Positions 1 through 9,479 of a stretch of 64,000 nucleotides of DNA are shown here, piece by piece (position 1 is the first letter of the stretch; each line of letters starts with the position of its first letter). A model generated the notes under the pieces. The model worked only from the letters and a program-made list of their open reading frames with translations, was not told where the DNA came from and made no database searches. Made by a program: the position numbers and the translations under genes. The stretch spans positions 1 through 64,000 of the forward strand of contig QPGO01000078.1 in NCBI GenBank assembly GCA_008632985.1, read 5' to 3'. This stretch comes from Psammoneis japonica. Its lineage: Eukaryota.

Positions 1-632
1 CTTCAAATCGAGTTTCAATAGCGCCTGCGGCAACGCCCCTCGCAGCACCATTTCCAATAATCCTGAAACACCGCTCCAATGGCTAGCTAACGCTCATTGA
101 CGACGGGTGAAGATTAGACTGGAGCCACAATGGTTTTAATACAAACCATAGAAAGAGGGATGCCAAAATACTCTAAGCTTTAAGGAGGGCTCTTCAATCT
201 GTCAAGAACGAACAGAAATTGCAACACAAGAGGTGAGTGACGAGTTCTACAAATGGAAAAAGTACCAAGGCATTTCTCATCCATTTTTTGCGTTTTTCAT
301 ACCTTTCTTTCACATATTCATTTATCATAGAGAATTGTAATGCGTGCTTTGTTGGTACAGCAGCAGCACAAGTGACGGCGGCAATGTCGACTGCCGGCTC
401 TTGTGGCTGTCATGGTCGATTTTTTTGTGTTGTGTCGGAGGGAAACGACTGACACGACGTAGATTTCTACGTAGAAATCATACCATGAGTACTTCAACAC
501 CACAATGTCCGTGTCAGTGCCTCGCACGAATTTACTTCAACATGCGAGTCACCCGGAGATCTGACACATCGGGTTGCGAAAATGGAGAAAGAATTGTGAG
601 AATTGCTCTCAAAACCACTTCCACATTATAGA

Positions 633-2951
633 TCAAGCTCGCTGCACTCGCAACCCCTTCCTCTCTCCCTTTCTTTCTCCCCTCTTCCTCCTTCTTTCTC
701 CTCTCCCCTCCCCCCCTCTCTTGGAGTCACTGACCCCCCCTAAACCCCGCATGGTTGCTGCAGGCCAGCACTGCTCCGACTTCGGCACTGGAGCATCCAA
801 TCCCTTCGAGGTTTCTTTGGCATTCAAAACTGCATCCTTTGTGTCGGTTGTAAATAGCGACAGTCCACTGTCTGGATCTAGATGCCCTCCAGCAGCGGGG
901 GCTCCATCAGAGGCAGCACACTTGTGTCGAGCAAACCAATCCTCGAGCAACGTGAGCCTTTTCTCCAGCGGGTGCCTCCAGAGACGAATGTGTTCCTGGC
1001 AGTGCTTCCACCTTGAAGAGTGCATGACATCGTGCATCTCCTCATCAGAATGCTTCTTGTTGTTTGGCGTGCCATCCTTCAAGGCTTGCATCACAGCTTG
1101 GCGGTCGGACCATTCGGCACATGATGCGGTTGCTTTGAGATCACTGACAGCTTGCCAACAATCAGCATGTTCTTTTCGGAGCGTTCTTGCAATTCGGTGC
1201 ATCCAATGAAAGAGCCCAAGGAGACAGATCATGTTCATTCCGAATGTCATCTTCCACAACTCCGACTCATTCGGCCAGGTGTCGCTGTGGTGGAGTTTTG
1301 GGCGTGCGTTCTTTCGCCTGGCAAACTGTTCTGCCGCGTGAGCAAAATCTTTTGCTTCCAATGTTGGGGTTGGGCAAGCGGTTCCCACCTGCCCCTTTTC
1401 GTTGCACATGGTGAACAGGCCTGCCACTCCGCCTGCTTTCTTTGAGCAGTTTTTGAGAATTTGAAAAGTGTGGTCGGATGCGACGCTCACGGCGGCTCCA
1501 ACCATCTGCAACAATCTCGTGCACCTGTCACACGAGGACGTGTCAAGAGCCGTCAATTTCGATTTGCCAGGTTCGTCATAAAGATCAAGAAGTGCTGAGG
1601 GTGATGGGCTGCACCCGCCCATCCAATCCTCGAAAGACACCCACTCTTTGCTTTTGTCGATGGCTCGGCAGCAGTGCTCTTTCTGGAGGTCCACGAAACA
1701 GGCGGCTCGCATTTGGTGCAGCATGTGCGAGAACTCACCCCCATTTGCATGCGTGACAACAAAGGACTCAAGGAGTCTTGCAGTTTCCTTGGTGAGATGC
1801 CACTTGTTGCTTACACTGGCATGCTCAGGCAATGTTGGATGTGCTGACTGTGGGCTTTTTGGCAGCTTGTGCAGCAGTCGACCGTCGTTGCCCTTGCATC
1901 GAATTTTGCATTTGTTGCATTCGCACCACATTGACACCGCCACATGCGTCTTCCCGCTGATGCAACACATTGGTGTCGCCCCACCATGTCGAGCAAAGTC
2001 CATGCGATCATGAATCATTTCCCCGTCACACTCTCCGTCAATGCAGGAGAGATAGATGTTAGGATGGTTCAGCTCCCAACAAACGATGCACACTGTCACA
2101 CCTTGCAGCTGATGGCAGCAACAATCAGGCGGTGAAGTGCAGTCATCCTTGGGAACTTGAAAAGACACTGCACCAGGAGGAAAAGCACCATCCTTGACCT
2201 CCAGAATCTCATTGAGCTTGGGGCTTTTTGCTGCAGCAACAGGACACTTGTTGCTGCCTTGTTCGAATCTCGGCTTGACAGAATCCAACAGACAACTGAT
2301 GAGAGCACTCACTGCAGCCGGGCACTTCGTCCTCTCCTCTGAGTTCTCACACTTTTTCACGCGTGCTCGAATCTCTCGTTTCAAAGTCTCAACCGAAAAT
2401 TTAGCATCAGTGGCCGACTTGTGGGCATTCTCGGCGCGCTCCATGGGGCCTGCAGCATCAGCCACCCCCGAATTCACCGGCTTGCATGTGTTGGCAACAC
2501 CTGGAGGAGGCAACACAGCTTGAGCTGCAGGTTTCTGTTTTCCAAAATGGTCTCGCATGGTTGACACTCCCTTTTCTGGAGCATCCAGAATCGTGTTGTT
2601 TGTTTCGTGAAGCTCTTTGTCACGTCGCTCTGCATCCATGGTGGCTTTGGTGACGTTCACTTGCAAGCACCTCTTTGAAAATTTGCATGTGGGATCATGG
2701 CCATGATGACATGCAGGACCTTTGTCACATCTCTTGCATGTCTTCGTTCTGTCGTCTACTCTTGGCACCTTACGCCCACTAAAATCGCTCTGATGCGTCC
2801 GCTTCTGGCGTGTGTGCGCTTGGCTTTTGCTCGCTTTGATGGAGCCTTTGCGTTTCTGGGATTGAACTCCCATGTTGCTAAAGAAAGGATGTAGCTGCCG
2901 CTCTGCAGCCACTTTTGTTGGAGCAGATTCTTCGGTTGCGTCCGTCATCAT
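633..2951 (-). pseudogene. Zisupton/KDZ-like (DUF6729-type) DDE transposase, TpA-hypermutated and C-terminally truncated
   Basis: 772-aa ORF with SDHTFQ...TMCNEKGQV...SDTWP...LGLFHWMHRI and a final SKRG, matching the remembered Zisupton-type motif order (DxTxK, NExGxI/V, YxD, xxFHxMxR, RGxSxxE). Only 2 Tyr in 772 aa, with many Cys/His. Homology ends in a purine-only run. Assignment is by motif recall. Confidence 0.7.
654..722. repeat. 69-nt pure pyrimidine (C/T) tract
   Basis: Only C and T from 654 to 722, at the point where the transposase is cut off. Confidence 0.95.
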
Positions 2952-3238
2952 CGAAGCACCAGCAGAGATTGTACTTTTCTCTCTCGTGGTTTTTTTTTTG
3001 TGAGAGAATTTTTCTCATCGCGTGAGAAGTCTGTGTTGTTGTGATTTTCCGTGGCGCGAAAGGAAGAGATTGTCGGTCTCCGCATCATTCTGATTCTTGT
3101 GTCTGCTTTTGGAGAGCTGTCTCAACCTCCTCGTCCCTAAGTGATTGCGTCAGATTTTCCAAAAAAATGTTAATTAATTGATCGGAAAGTCGAGGACTTT
3201 CCGAGAGTCTCCCTTAAGTAGAAATCCCAAATGCTGAA

Positions 3239-3250
3239 TTCTGATTGGCT
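3239..3250 (-). promoter_or_regulatory. AGCCAATCAGAA CCAAT box upstream of the transposase
   Basis: ttctgattggct on the + strand, about 290 nt upstream of the transposase ATG. The same 12-mer occurs at the ends of the 54.6-60.6 kb element. Confidence 0.45.
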
Positions 3251-3911
3251 CTCGTAGCGCCATTCCTAATCCTCCCTCGATGATGCTCGAATCCGAGGCA
3301 AACAAATGGCGCTCTAGGGCCACTGTATCTTGATGAGAATGCCATGAACACTCCCAACAATCAAAACCATGTTGTATTTCAATAACTTACACACGTTTCT
3401 ATCGAGACATCTGAGAAAAAATAAATGCTTAATTTCATCTCTGAGTCGAAAGAGAATGGCAAAAACATCATGCAAGAGCATTTCGACGAATTTTTCTGCT
3501 GCAGAATTGCTTTCAAAGCCTGGTAAGTCTCTTGCATGAGAAATCAATAAAAATCGATTGAATACTCAAAAGAATGATGCATGTTATGATTGTGATTGAT
3601 GTCGTTTACTGTATTGCATTCTTCGAAGAAGCCGCATCATGGTCTTTCGGGTTTTTTCGAGAAGGCCGCGGTTTCATTATTCTCGTTATTTCGATATCCG
3701 TATGAATACTTTATATTCAAAGCTTTCATCCGTTGCGCACGCAAGTCGAGCTCGAATTAGATCTCAACGGAAATCTAGAAATATAATGATATACATTCCG
3801 TATGTCAGGAATGTCTCCACGAAAGATCCAAGATCCAGGATCCGGAGGAGCCGAGGATCTGTCCATGTTTTCTTGCCACTTGTATCCATGCACTTGCTTG
3901 TCCCGACCCTG

Positions 3912-4760
3912 ATGATGCCACAGCCTTGTGTTTCTGCTGTAATTTCTCTCTTGTTGCTATCATGTTTAATTAAAGCCGTCCTTGCGTTTTCGTCAGCCTC
4001 GGGGTTTGTTTTGCACGTGGATGAGGCAACGACGCTCACAAGCGGCACAGCCATGTTGCCTCCCATGGTGTCCGTGCCATGCTCTGTTGGCGCAGGCATT
4101 ATTCACGAAATGGTCAAGCCTCCCAATGTGGATGACTTGTACGAGTGGTATGTTTCGACTAGAAAAGAACCGCACGCTGATCCGAGTTGGGGCGTGCTGT
4201 GGCCAACGGCGGTGAGCTTGGCTAATTTTTTAGTGGAAAACCCCGACCTTGTTCGAGACAAGGACGTGGTGGAACTCGGAGCTGGGTTGGGACTTTGTGG
4301 ACTCGTTGCGGCGGGGCTTGGGGCTTCTTCCGTTGTTTTAACGGATCGTGAACCCTTTGCGTTGCATTGCGCCTTGTCGACGGCTCAAGTGAACCATTTG
4401 ACGGGGGTGGAGGGTGCGATTGTGGATTGGTGCGACAAAACCAGCATGTTAGACTCTGCCGACGTAATTATTGCCAGTGACGTGTTGTATGATGGAGAAA
4501 CAATTGATGCGTTTGCTTCAACGTGTCGAAGAATCTGTAGAACAGGTGGTATGGTCTTGGTTACGGACCCGGTCAAGGAGCGATACGGCGGTGCACGAGC
4601 CAAGTTGCAGTCCAGCATGGGAGGCGCAACAATACCAGTAGAAACCACAGAATTGCCAATTTGTGCACAAAAGCACGACAGACAGCTTTATTCAGTGGAT
4701 GGAAAAGACCATGCCCGTCGAATGAAGGAGCCGACGGTCTTACTGCGCTGTAAGCTTTAG
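3912..4760 (+). CDS. Class I SAM-dependent lysine methyltransferase (METTL21/Methyltransf_16-like), probably plastid-targeted
   Basis: WGVLWPTAVSLA, VVELGAGLGLCGLVAA, VVLTD, DW and IIASDVLYD motifs. Signal peptide followed by VLA-FSS. Start at ATG 3912 (3888 possible). Confidence 0.85.
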   Translation: MMPQPCVSAVISLLLLSCLIKAVLAFSSASGFVLHVDEATTLTSGTAMLPPMVSVPCSVGAGIIHEMVKPPNVDDLYEWYVSTRKEPHADPSWGVLWPTAVSLANFLVENPDLVRDKDVVELGAGLGLCGLVAAGLGASSVVLTDREPFALHCALSTAQVNHLTGVEGAIVDWCDKTSMLDSADVIIASDVLYDGETIDAFASTCRRICRTGGMVLVTDPVKERYGGARAKLQSSMGGATIPVETTELPICAQKHDRQLYSVDGKDHARRMKEPTVLLRCKL

Positions 4761-4894
4761 AGATTTGAGCCAAAGTCACATCACGAAACCGAGACGTCCA
4801 TCTAGAATGTCATACACCGCAGTAGGATCTAGCGGATATCATCTACGGTTTGTGTACGCCGCATACTAACGTATGTTACTTGCCGACTATCTTC

Positions 4895-5401
4895 ATGGGT
4901 CATGTTGGATACAATGGCGGGATTGAAGTATCACTTTTATTCTTGCGGAATAGCATCATAAAAGGCGAGACACAAGAGCACGCTATTGTTGGCGCAATGG
5001 GCCTGATCTTTACTTCGTTTGGGAACACTGTGCTCTCACAACTCGTTGCTTGTGGAGGCGTCCCAAATATTCTGGTTGGCCATGATCAATACCCAGAGAA
5101 TGAAGTTATCGTTTCAAACAGATGTGGAATCATGGCAACCTTGTCCGTTTCGAATGGTGGGCATCTATCCGAAGGGCTTTTTGGGGTTGGATTTCGACAT
5201 CCATTTGTGGTATTCCTACTTTTCATCGGCAGTTTAGGTCACTGGCGAAAGCGTAAAGTAGAGAGTGGTTTTGTTTGTATCTTCTTTCTTTTGCGGTGTC
5301 TATCCAGTTGCTGTCTGAAACATGGACTAGCCATTAAGCATAGCGGGAGGAAGAAAGGATATGCGACAGTAACAATTTCATCCCCAAATTCATTCTCTTA
5401 G
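4895..5401 (+). pseudogene. Possible ARM-repeat fragment or degenerate ORF
   Basis: LVACGGVPNILVGHDQYPENEVIVSNRCGIMATLS resembles one armadillo repeat. The rest is unrecognisable. Confidence 0.3.
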
Positions 5402-5552
5402 CACTATCGTACGAAGTCTCGTCAGCCCTCACCGAGCCTGTTGAGAATTTCAAAAGTTCGAGGGAATTGCCCAAGGTATGACATGCTATCACAGAAGATT
5501 CACTACATGCAACGACACTACAAACACCGTCGCTCCTATCTTTCGCGAAAAG

Positions 5553-5984
5553 TTATTTTGTTACTCCACTCTTTGCCTCCTTGATTACTTCCTGTCGAAA
5601 CTTTGATGCTTCCATGGTATCAATCGAAAGCCTGTTATCCTTCAGGACATAATCGTAACCAAAGAAATTCAACACAAAACCAAGGACAAGAAAGGCCCAT
5701 GCTCCCGCCGTGACTGCTTGACCCAGACGCGAAACAATGCTTGTGGGACTATTCCCAGACGTCAACCACTGATCCACACTTGTATCGCCGTCAGTTTTGG
5801 GTTTTTCTTCCTCATTATTCTTTTTGTTGGCCCAGAGTACTTGAGCTGATTGTTCCACACGACGGCTGCTTGCGCGGCTTTGTTGTTGCACGACGAGCCG
5901 TGGCGCAAACGCCGACGAAGTGTCAAGCATGAGCACAACCCAAACAAGCGCAGCCATGCAGCAAAATACAAACCTTTGCATCAT
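5553..5984 (-). CDS. Small plastid-targeted membrane protein of unknown function
   Basis: MMQRFVFCC...TSSA-FAP bipartite signal, a transit peptide, and one TM helix (AWAFLVLGFVLNFFGY). Confidence 0.8.
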   Translation of the reverse strand: MMQRFVFCCMAALVWVVLMLDTSSAFAPRLVVQQQSRASSRRVEQSAQVLWANKKNNEEEKPKTDGDTSVDQWLTSGNSPTSIVSRLGQAVTAGAWAFLVLGFVLNFFGYDYVLKDNRLSIDTMEASKFRQEVIKEAKSGVTK

Positions 5985-6326
5985 TTCTTCTTGTTTCGTT
6001 ATGTGCTTTTGCTCTGGATGCGAACAGAAGTGTTTCTTTCCCTTGTTTTGCCTGTTTCCTTTCGGCTGTGACGTGGTCGGTGGTCGGTCGATTTTCGAAT
6101 GTTGCGTCGTCGTGTTGTCGGTCAGCGGCAATTTTTTCTACATACTGTAGGTACGTTCTCGCGCAAGTCGCGCTTTCTGATTGAGTCACGAGGTAAATCC
6201 CGTTTCCATGTTGTGTAGAAGAATTCTACGTGGTTTCTCGTGTATTAAAAACAACTTGGTATCTTCAGACCCTTGCCCGAGAGCCGACAGTGAGGCCTCT
6301 GTTTGGCTTGTTGCAACAGCGAAAAC

Positions 6327-7157
6327 ATGGCATCAACCGAACAGCCCTTGGAGGAGCGCTTACAGCACCTTCAACGTCTTAATGCAGATCGCTGGAATAC
6401 CTTGAAGGAATTGAATCGAGAATGGAATCGTCTAAACAGCTCGTTAGAACAGGAACCTGCCGTTTCTCGTTTCGAAAAGCGAGAGGCTGCGCTGCAGGCC
6501 GAGCAGGACGTCTTACGAGCAGACGGCACCCATGCAAACGAGGCACATACAAAAACGCAACATGAGTTGGAATCTGAGTTTGATGCGGAATTGATTGAGT
6601 GCTACGACAGTCTAAAAGAAACAAACGCGGTGTTGGATCTGGAATTGGAAATGAAATCACGAAAGCTAATCGAGATGAACGGGTTCCTAGAAGAACAAAA
6701 GAACGTGCAAGAGGCACTCGAGATTATGGTAAAGAAAAAGCCAAACGAAGAGGTGGATGAGGAGGAGGAGGATTCTTCGTCTCGGCTAGAACTCTTGCAG
6801 AATGAAAACAAAAGACTCCGGAGTGATTTACAGTATGTCTGCCGTTTTTGGGAAAGAGAAAAAGAGCGGGAACGACAAGAACTGCAAGACATGGACGAAA
6901 GTGACGATGATATGATTGTGGAACTGCACCCCAGACGTCACAAAAAGGGGGCGGACCATGGAGGCGGGTTCTGGAAGCTAGATCAACTGGTGCTCGAACT
7001 GACCAAGAGATTCATGCAATCTCCCACCGACCCTTACATTTCGGTAGACGGGTTTCCCATTGATCCAAGACACGTAGATCTCCTTCGGCAATGTCATGTA
7101 ATTGAGGAGACTGAAGATTATGGGACTAGAATATGTCTGACGGACTATACTCGGTGA
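6327..7157 (+). CDS. CENPK: CENP-K-like (Mcm22/Sim4) kinetochore protein
   Basis: Long coiled coil, then C-terminal LDQLVLELTKRFMQSPTDPYISVD...PRHVDLLRQCHVIEETEDYGTRICLTDY, resembling the CENP-K head (...P.DPYV....P..V.LL....I........RI.L..F). Length is 276 aa. Confidence 0.65.
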   Translation: MASTEQPLEERLQHLQRLNADRWNTLKELNREWNRLNSSLEQEPAVSRFEKREAALQAEQDVLRADGTHANEAHTKTQHELESEFDAELIECYDSLKETNAVLDLELEMKSRKLIEMNGFLEEQKNVQEALEIMVKKKPNEEVDEEEEDSSSRLELLQNENKRLRSDLQYVCRFWEREKERERQELQDMDESDDDMIVELHPRRHKKGADHGGGFWKLDQLVLELTKRFMQSPTDPYISVDGFPIDPRHVDLLRQCHVIEETEDYGTRICLTDYTR

Positions 7158-7425
7158 CAAAAAGATCGGCGCCACAACAGCAGCGTTGAAAAAGTTCATT
7201 TGAATAGCTACTATTCAAATCAAACACATTTCAATATTTTGTTTCCTCTCTCCTCTCACTTTGAACAGTCCGCCATACGTGTCTTTCGATACCCTACATA
7301 ATATTGAGTAGTCGAAGTGTAACGTCTTCCGTTTGATAGTCGACAGTCGGACAAGAACAACACCGTTCAATGTTGCAAACGAAAGATTGCAGTAGTCAAT
7401 CACTCTCTCTCTCTCCAAGCCAGCC

Positions 7426-7878
7426 TCACTCTTTTGCTTTAGGTTTTGCATGCTTTGATTCTTGAACATATTTTCCCACAAAGTGCGCAAAAACGGGATG
7501 CAGTGGAATCTCAATCCACATCCATCTCGGAACGGGTATTTGTACATTGTTAAGGACAGCACCTATCAAGGTGAAAAGACCAATCAAATGCGACAAAATA
7601 ATGGGACGGGTTCCAATCACTGCCGCAACATAGCCACCAATTATGGATTGCCCAAAGTGTGCACAAAATACCGCAAAAAATGCTGGCAAGGGTAAGTTTG
7701 CAATGTAGTCGCCAAACGCCTCGGTGTCGTCAAACGAAACGCCATCGGGCAGCGGATACAGGTAGTTTACATTGAGCATAACGATGCTCATGTTGATGAC
7801 AGAGCCAAGAACGAGGCCGACAATGAGACCTGCAATGTTGCGGCGGACAGCATGAGTGGTGTCGTGGGTCGGCGTCAT
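7426..7878 (-). CDS. Four-TM hypothetical membrane protein of bacterial-like family
   Basis: Intronless 150-aa ORF with RNIAGLIVGLVLGSVINM...YPLPDGV...AHFGQSIIGGYVAA...P.W, a pattern recalled from small bacterial membrane proteins. Confidence 0.7.
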   Translation of the reverse strand: MTPTHDTTHAVRRNIAGLIVGLVLGSVINMSIVMLNVNYLYPLPDGVSFDDTEAFGDYIANLPLPAFFAVFCAHFGQSIIGGYVAAVIGTRPIILSHLIGLFTLIGAVLNNVQIPVPRWMWIEIPLHPVFAHFVGKYVQESKHAKPKAKE

Positions 7879-8003
7879 GTCAACAACAATGACCAAAGCA
7901 AGATCGATCCAAACAACGCCATAGCGAAGTGCTGGGTACGCATCGAGTAACTTCTGGATAACGTCGACTGACGCACCGCGCTGTGGCGCATGCGCAGTGG
8001 ATT

Positions 8004-8069
8004 TCATCGTGGGACCCCACAAATACGGAGGGACACGTAACCCGGAAATGTAGCAATTTTGATTTTTTG
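8004..8069 (+). repeat. Left TIR (TpA retained)
   Basis: tcatcgtgggaccccacaaatacggagggacacgtaacccggaaatgtagcaattttgattttttg. Confidence 0.92.
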
Positions 8070-8161
8070 CTCATGACGCGTGAGACAACAAAATAAACAA
8101 AGATGCCGTTGCGTTTGACACTCTCATTCTAGCCGCTGAAACACTCCTTCCGCAGTATATC

Positions 8162-9433
8162 ATGGCACCGACGTCTCTCAAGCGTAGTACGAACAGTCAA
8201 AAGGCAGAGGCTCCAAAACGACGCCGTTCTGCTTCCAACGAGCCTGCTGACAGTTCGCACGCCGATGCTGTTGCTCAGGCAGGCACGCGACTTGGGAAGG
8301 AGCTTGCCGATGCCAACCAGGCGGAAACCATGGTTCAACTGAGACGTAGTAGCCGTGCGCGAAGAATGACTGATGCTGGGGCTCAATGCCAAATGGCAAA
8401 CAGGCAGAGACGGGAGCGGAATCGACAAACGCATGATGAGGAGAATGTGACTGCCGAACAACCCCCCCGCGAGTCGGAAGAAGAAGGGGCAGTCGAGCCT
8501 CCACCCACAGCGGAAGGAGAGATAGACGATGAAGTGGAGGTGGAAGAGGAAGAAGGTGCTCCTCCAGCTGAGGAGGAAGAAGCGACTTCACCAGCAGCAT
8601 CTGCGGAAGAGGAAGGAAAGGAAGAAGAAGGTGCTCCTCCAGCTGAGGAGGAAGAAGCGACGTCAGCAGCAGCTTCTGCAGAAGAGGAAGGAAAGGAAGA
8701 AGAAGGCGCCGCAACACGCAATCCCTTTGAGCATCCCGAAGACTGTGCACCTAGAAATGAATCAAACATTGGTCGGCATGATGCGCAGGAGCTCAAAAGG
8801 AAGAAGAAAGGCACGAACAACATGACTGGAGCCAAGAAAAGATGAAACCTGACGGATCTTCCACGAAGTGCACGAGCTTCCTTCGACCACAACATGAGAA
8901 CGAAATTTGGCCGTATGACAAAGAATGCACGCGGTGTGCTTAAGTGCTGTGCACTCGATCCTGAAAGTGAGTTGTTCGAAATCAGCCCAAAAGTCAGGGT
9001 GACTCTTGCGATCGAGACTGATGTGAAGCATTTCAAATCAAACAAAGAAGCAGAAAGTGGTTGTCTCACAGAATGAGAAAAAGTGGACAAACTCAAAAGG
9101 GAGAGGCCGTTGCTAATTCTCGTATCCAACAGCAGGGAGGATGTGAGGAGCACCTTCACTGCAGTTGAGTCACACCCAAATGAAGCCAAGCAGTTGCACA
9201 AGGAAAAGAAAGAGGCCGGTGGGACAGCTCGGTTTTCTGACTTGCAGACTGCTGAAGTGCATGAGCTGCATGGCATGGGCAATGAAGATGAGGCAGAGGA
9301 ATTCATGAAAATGACAGTGGATCCGGGGAAAGAGGGTGAATGGACTGGATCCAACACTGGTCCTCGTCAAGCACTTGAAAAGCTGATGAGGCGACGGCAA
9401 TCAAACCCAGTGCAGCATTGCAACAATGCATGA
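8162..9433 (+). pseudogene. Accessory ORF of the TIR element (acidic, low-complexity N-terminus), interrupted by TGA stops
   Basis: ORFs 8162-8845, 8894-9076 and 9083-9433 share one frame and are separated only by TGA codons. Confidence 0.55.
8549..8710 (+). repeat. 75-bp coding tandem repeat (about 2.2 copies; EEGAPPAEEEEATSxAASAEEEGKE)
   Basis: Units start at 8549, 8624 and 8699. Confidence 0.9.
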
Positions 9434-9479
9434 GTCGCAACAATGTATGATGTGAATGTGCCTCTCTAATTGTTCTAGT

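Noticed and set aside
633..2951. Alternative genetic code or natively Tyr-free TE proteins
   Set aside because: TpA loss also affects non-coding TIRs and codon junctions, and host genes use Tyr, TAA and TAG normally.
3468..3539. 11-bp inverted repeat tcatgcaagag/ctcttgcatga
   Set aside because: Short and isolated, with no TSD or other copies seen.
8383..9357. 324-aa Ser-rich minus-strand ORF
   Set aside because: Antisense shadow of the Glu-rich + strand ORF in stop-poor DNA.
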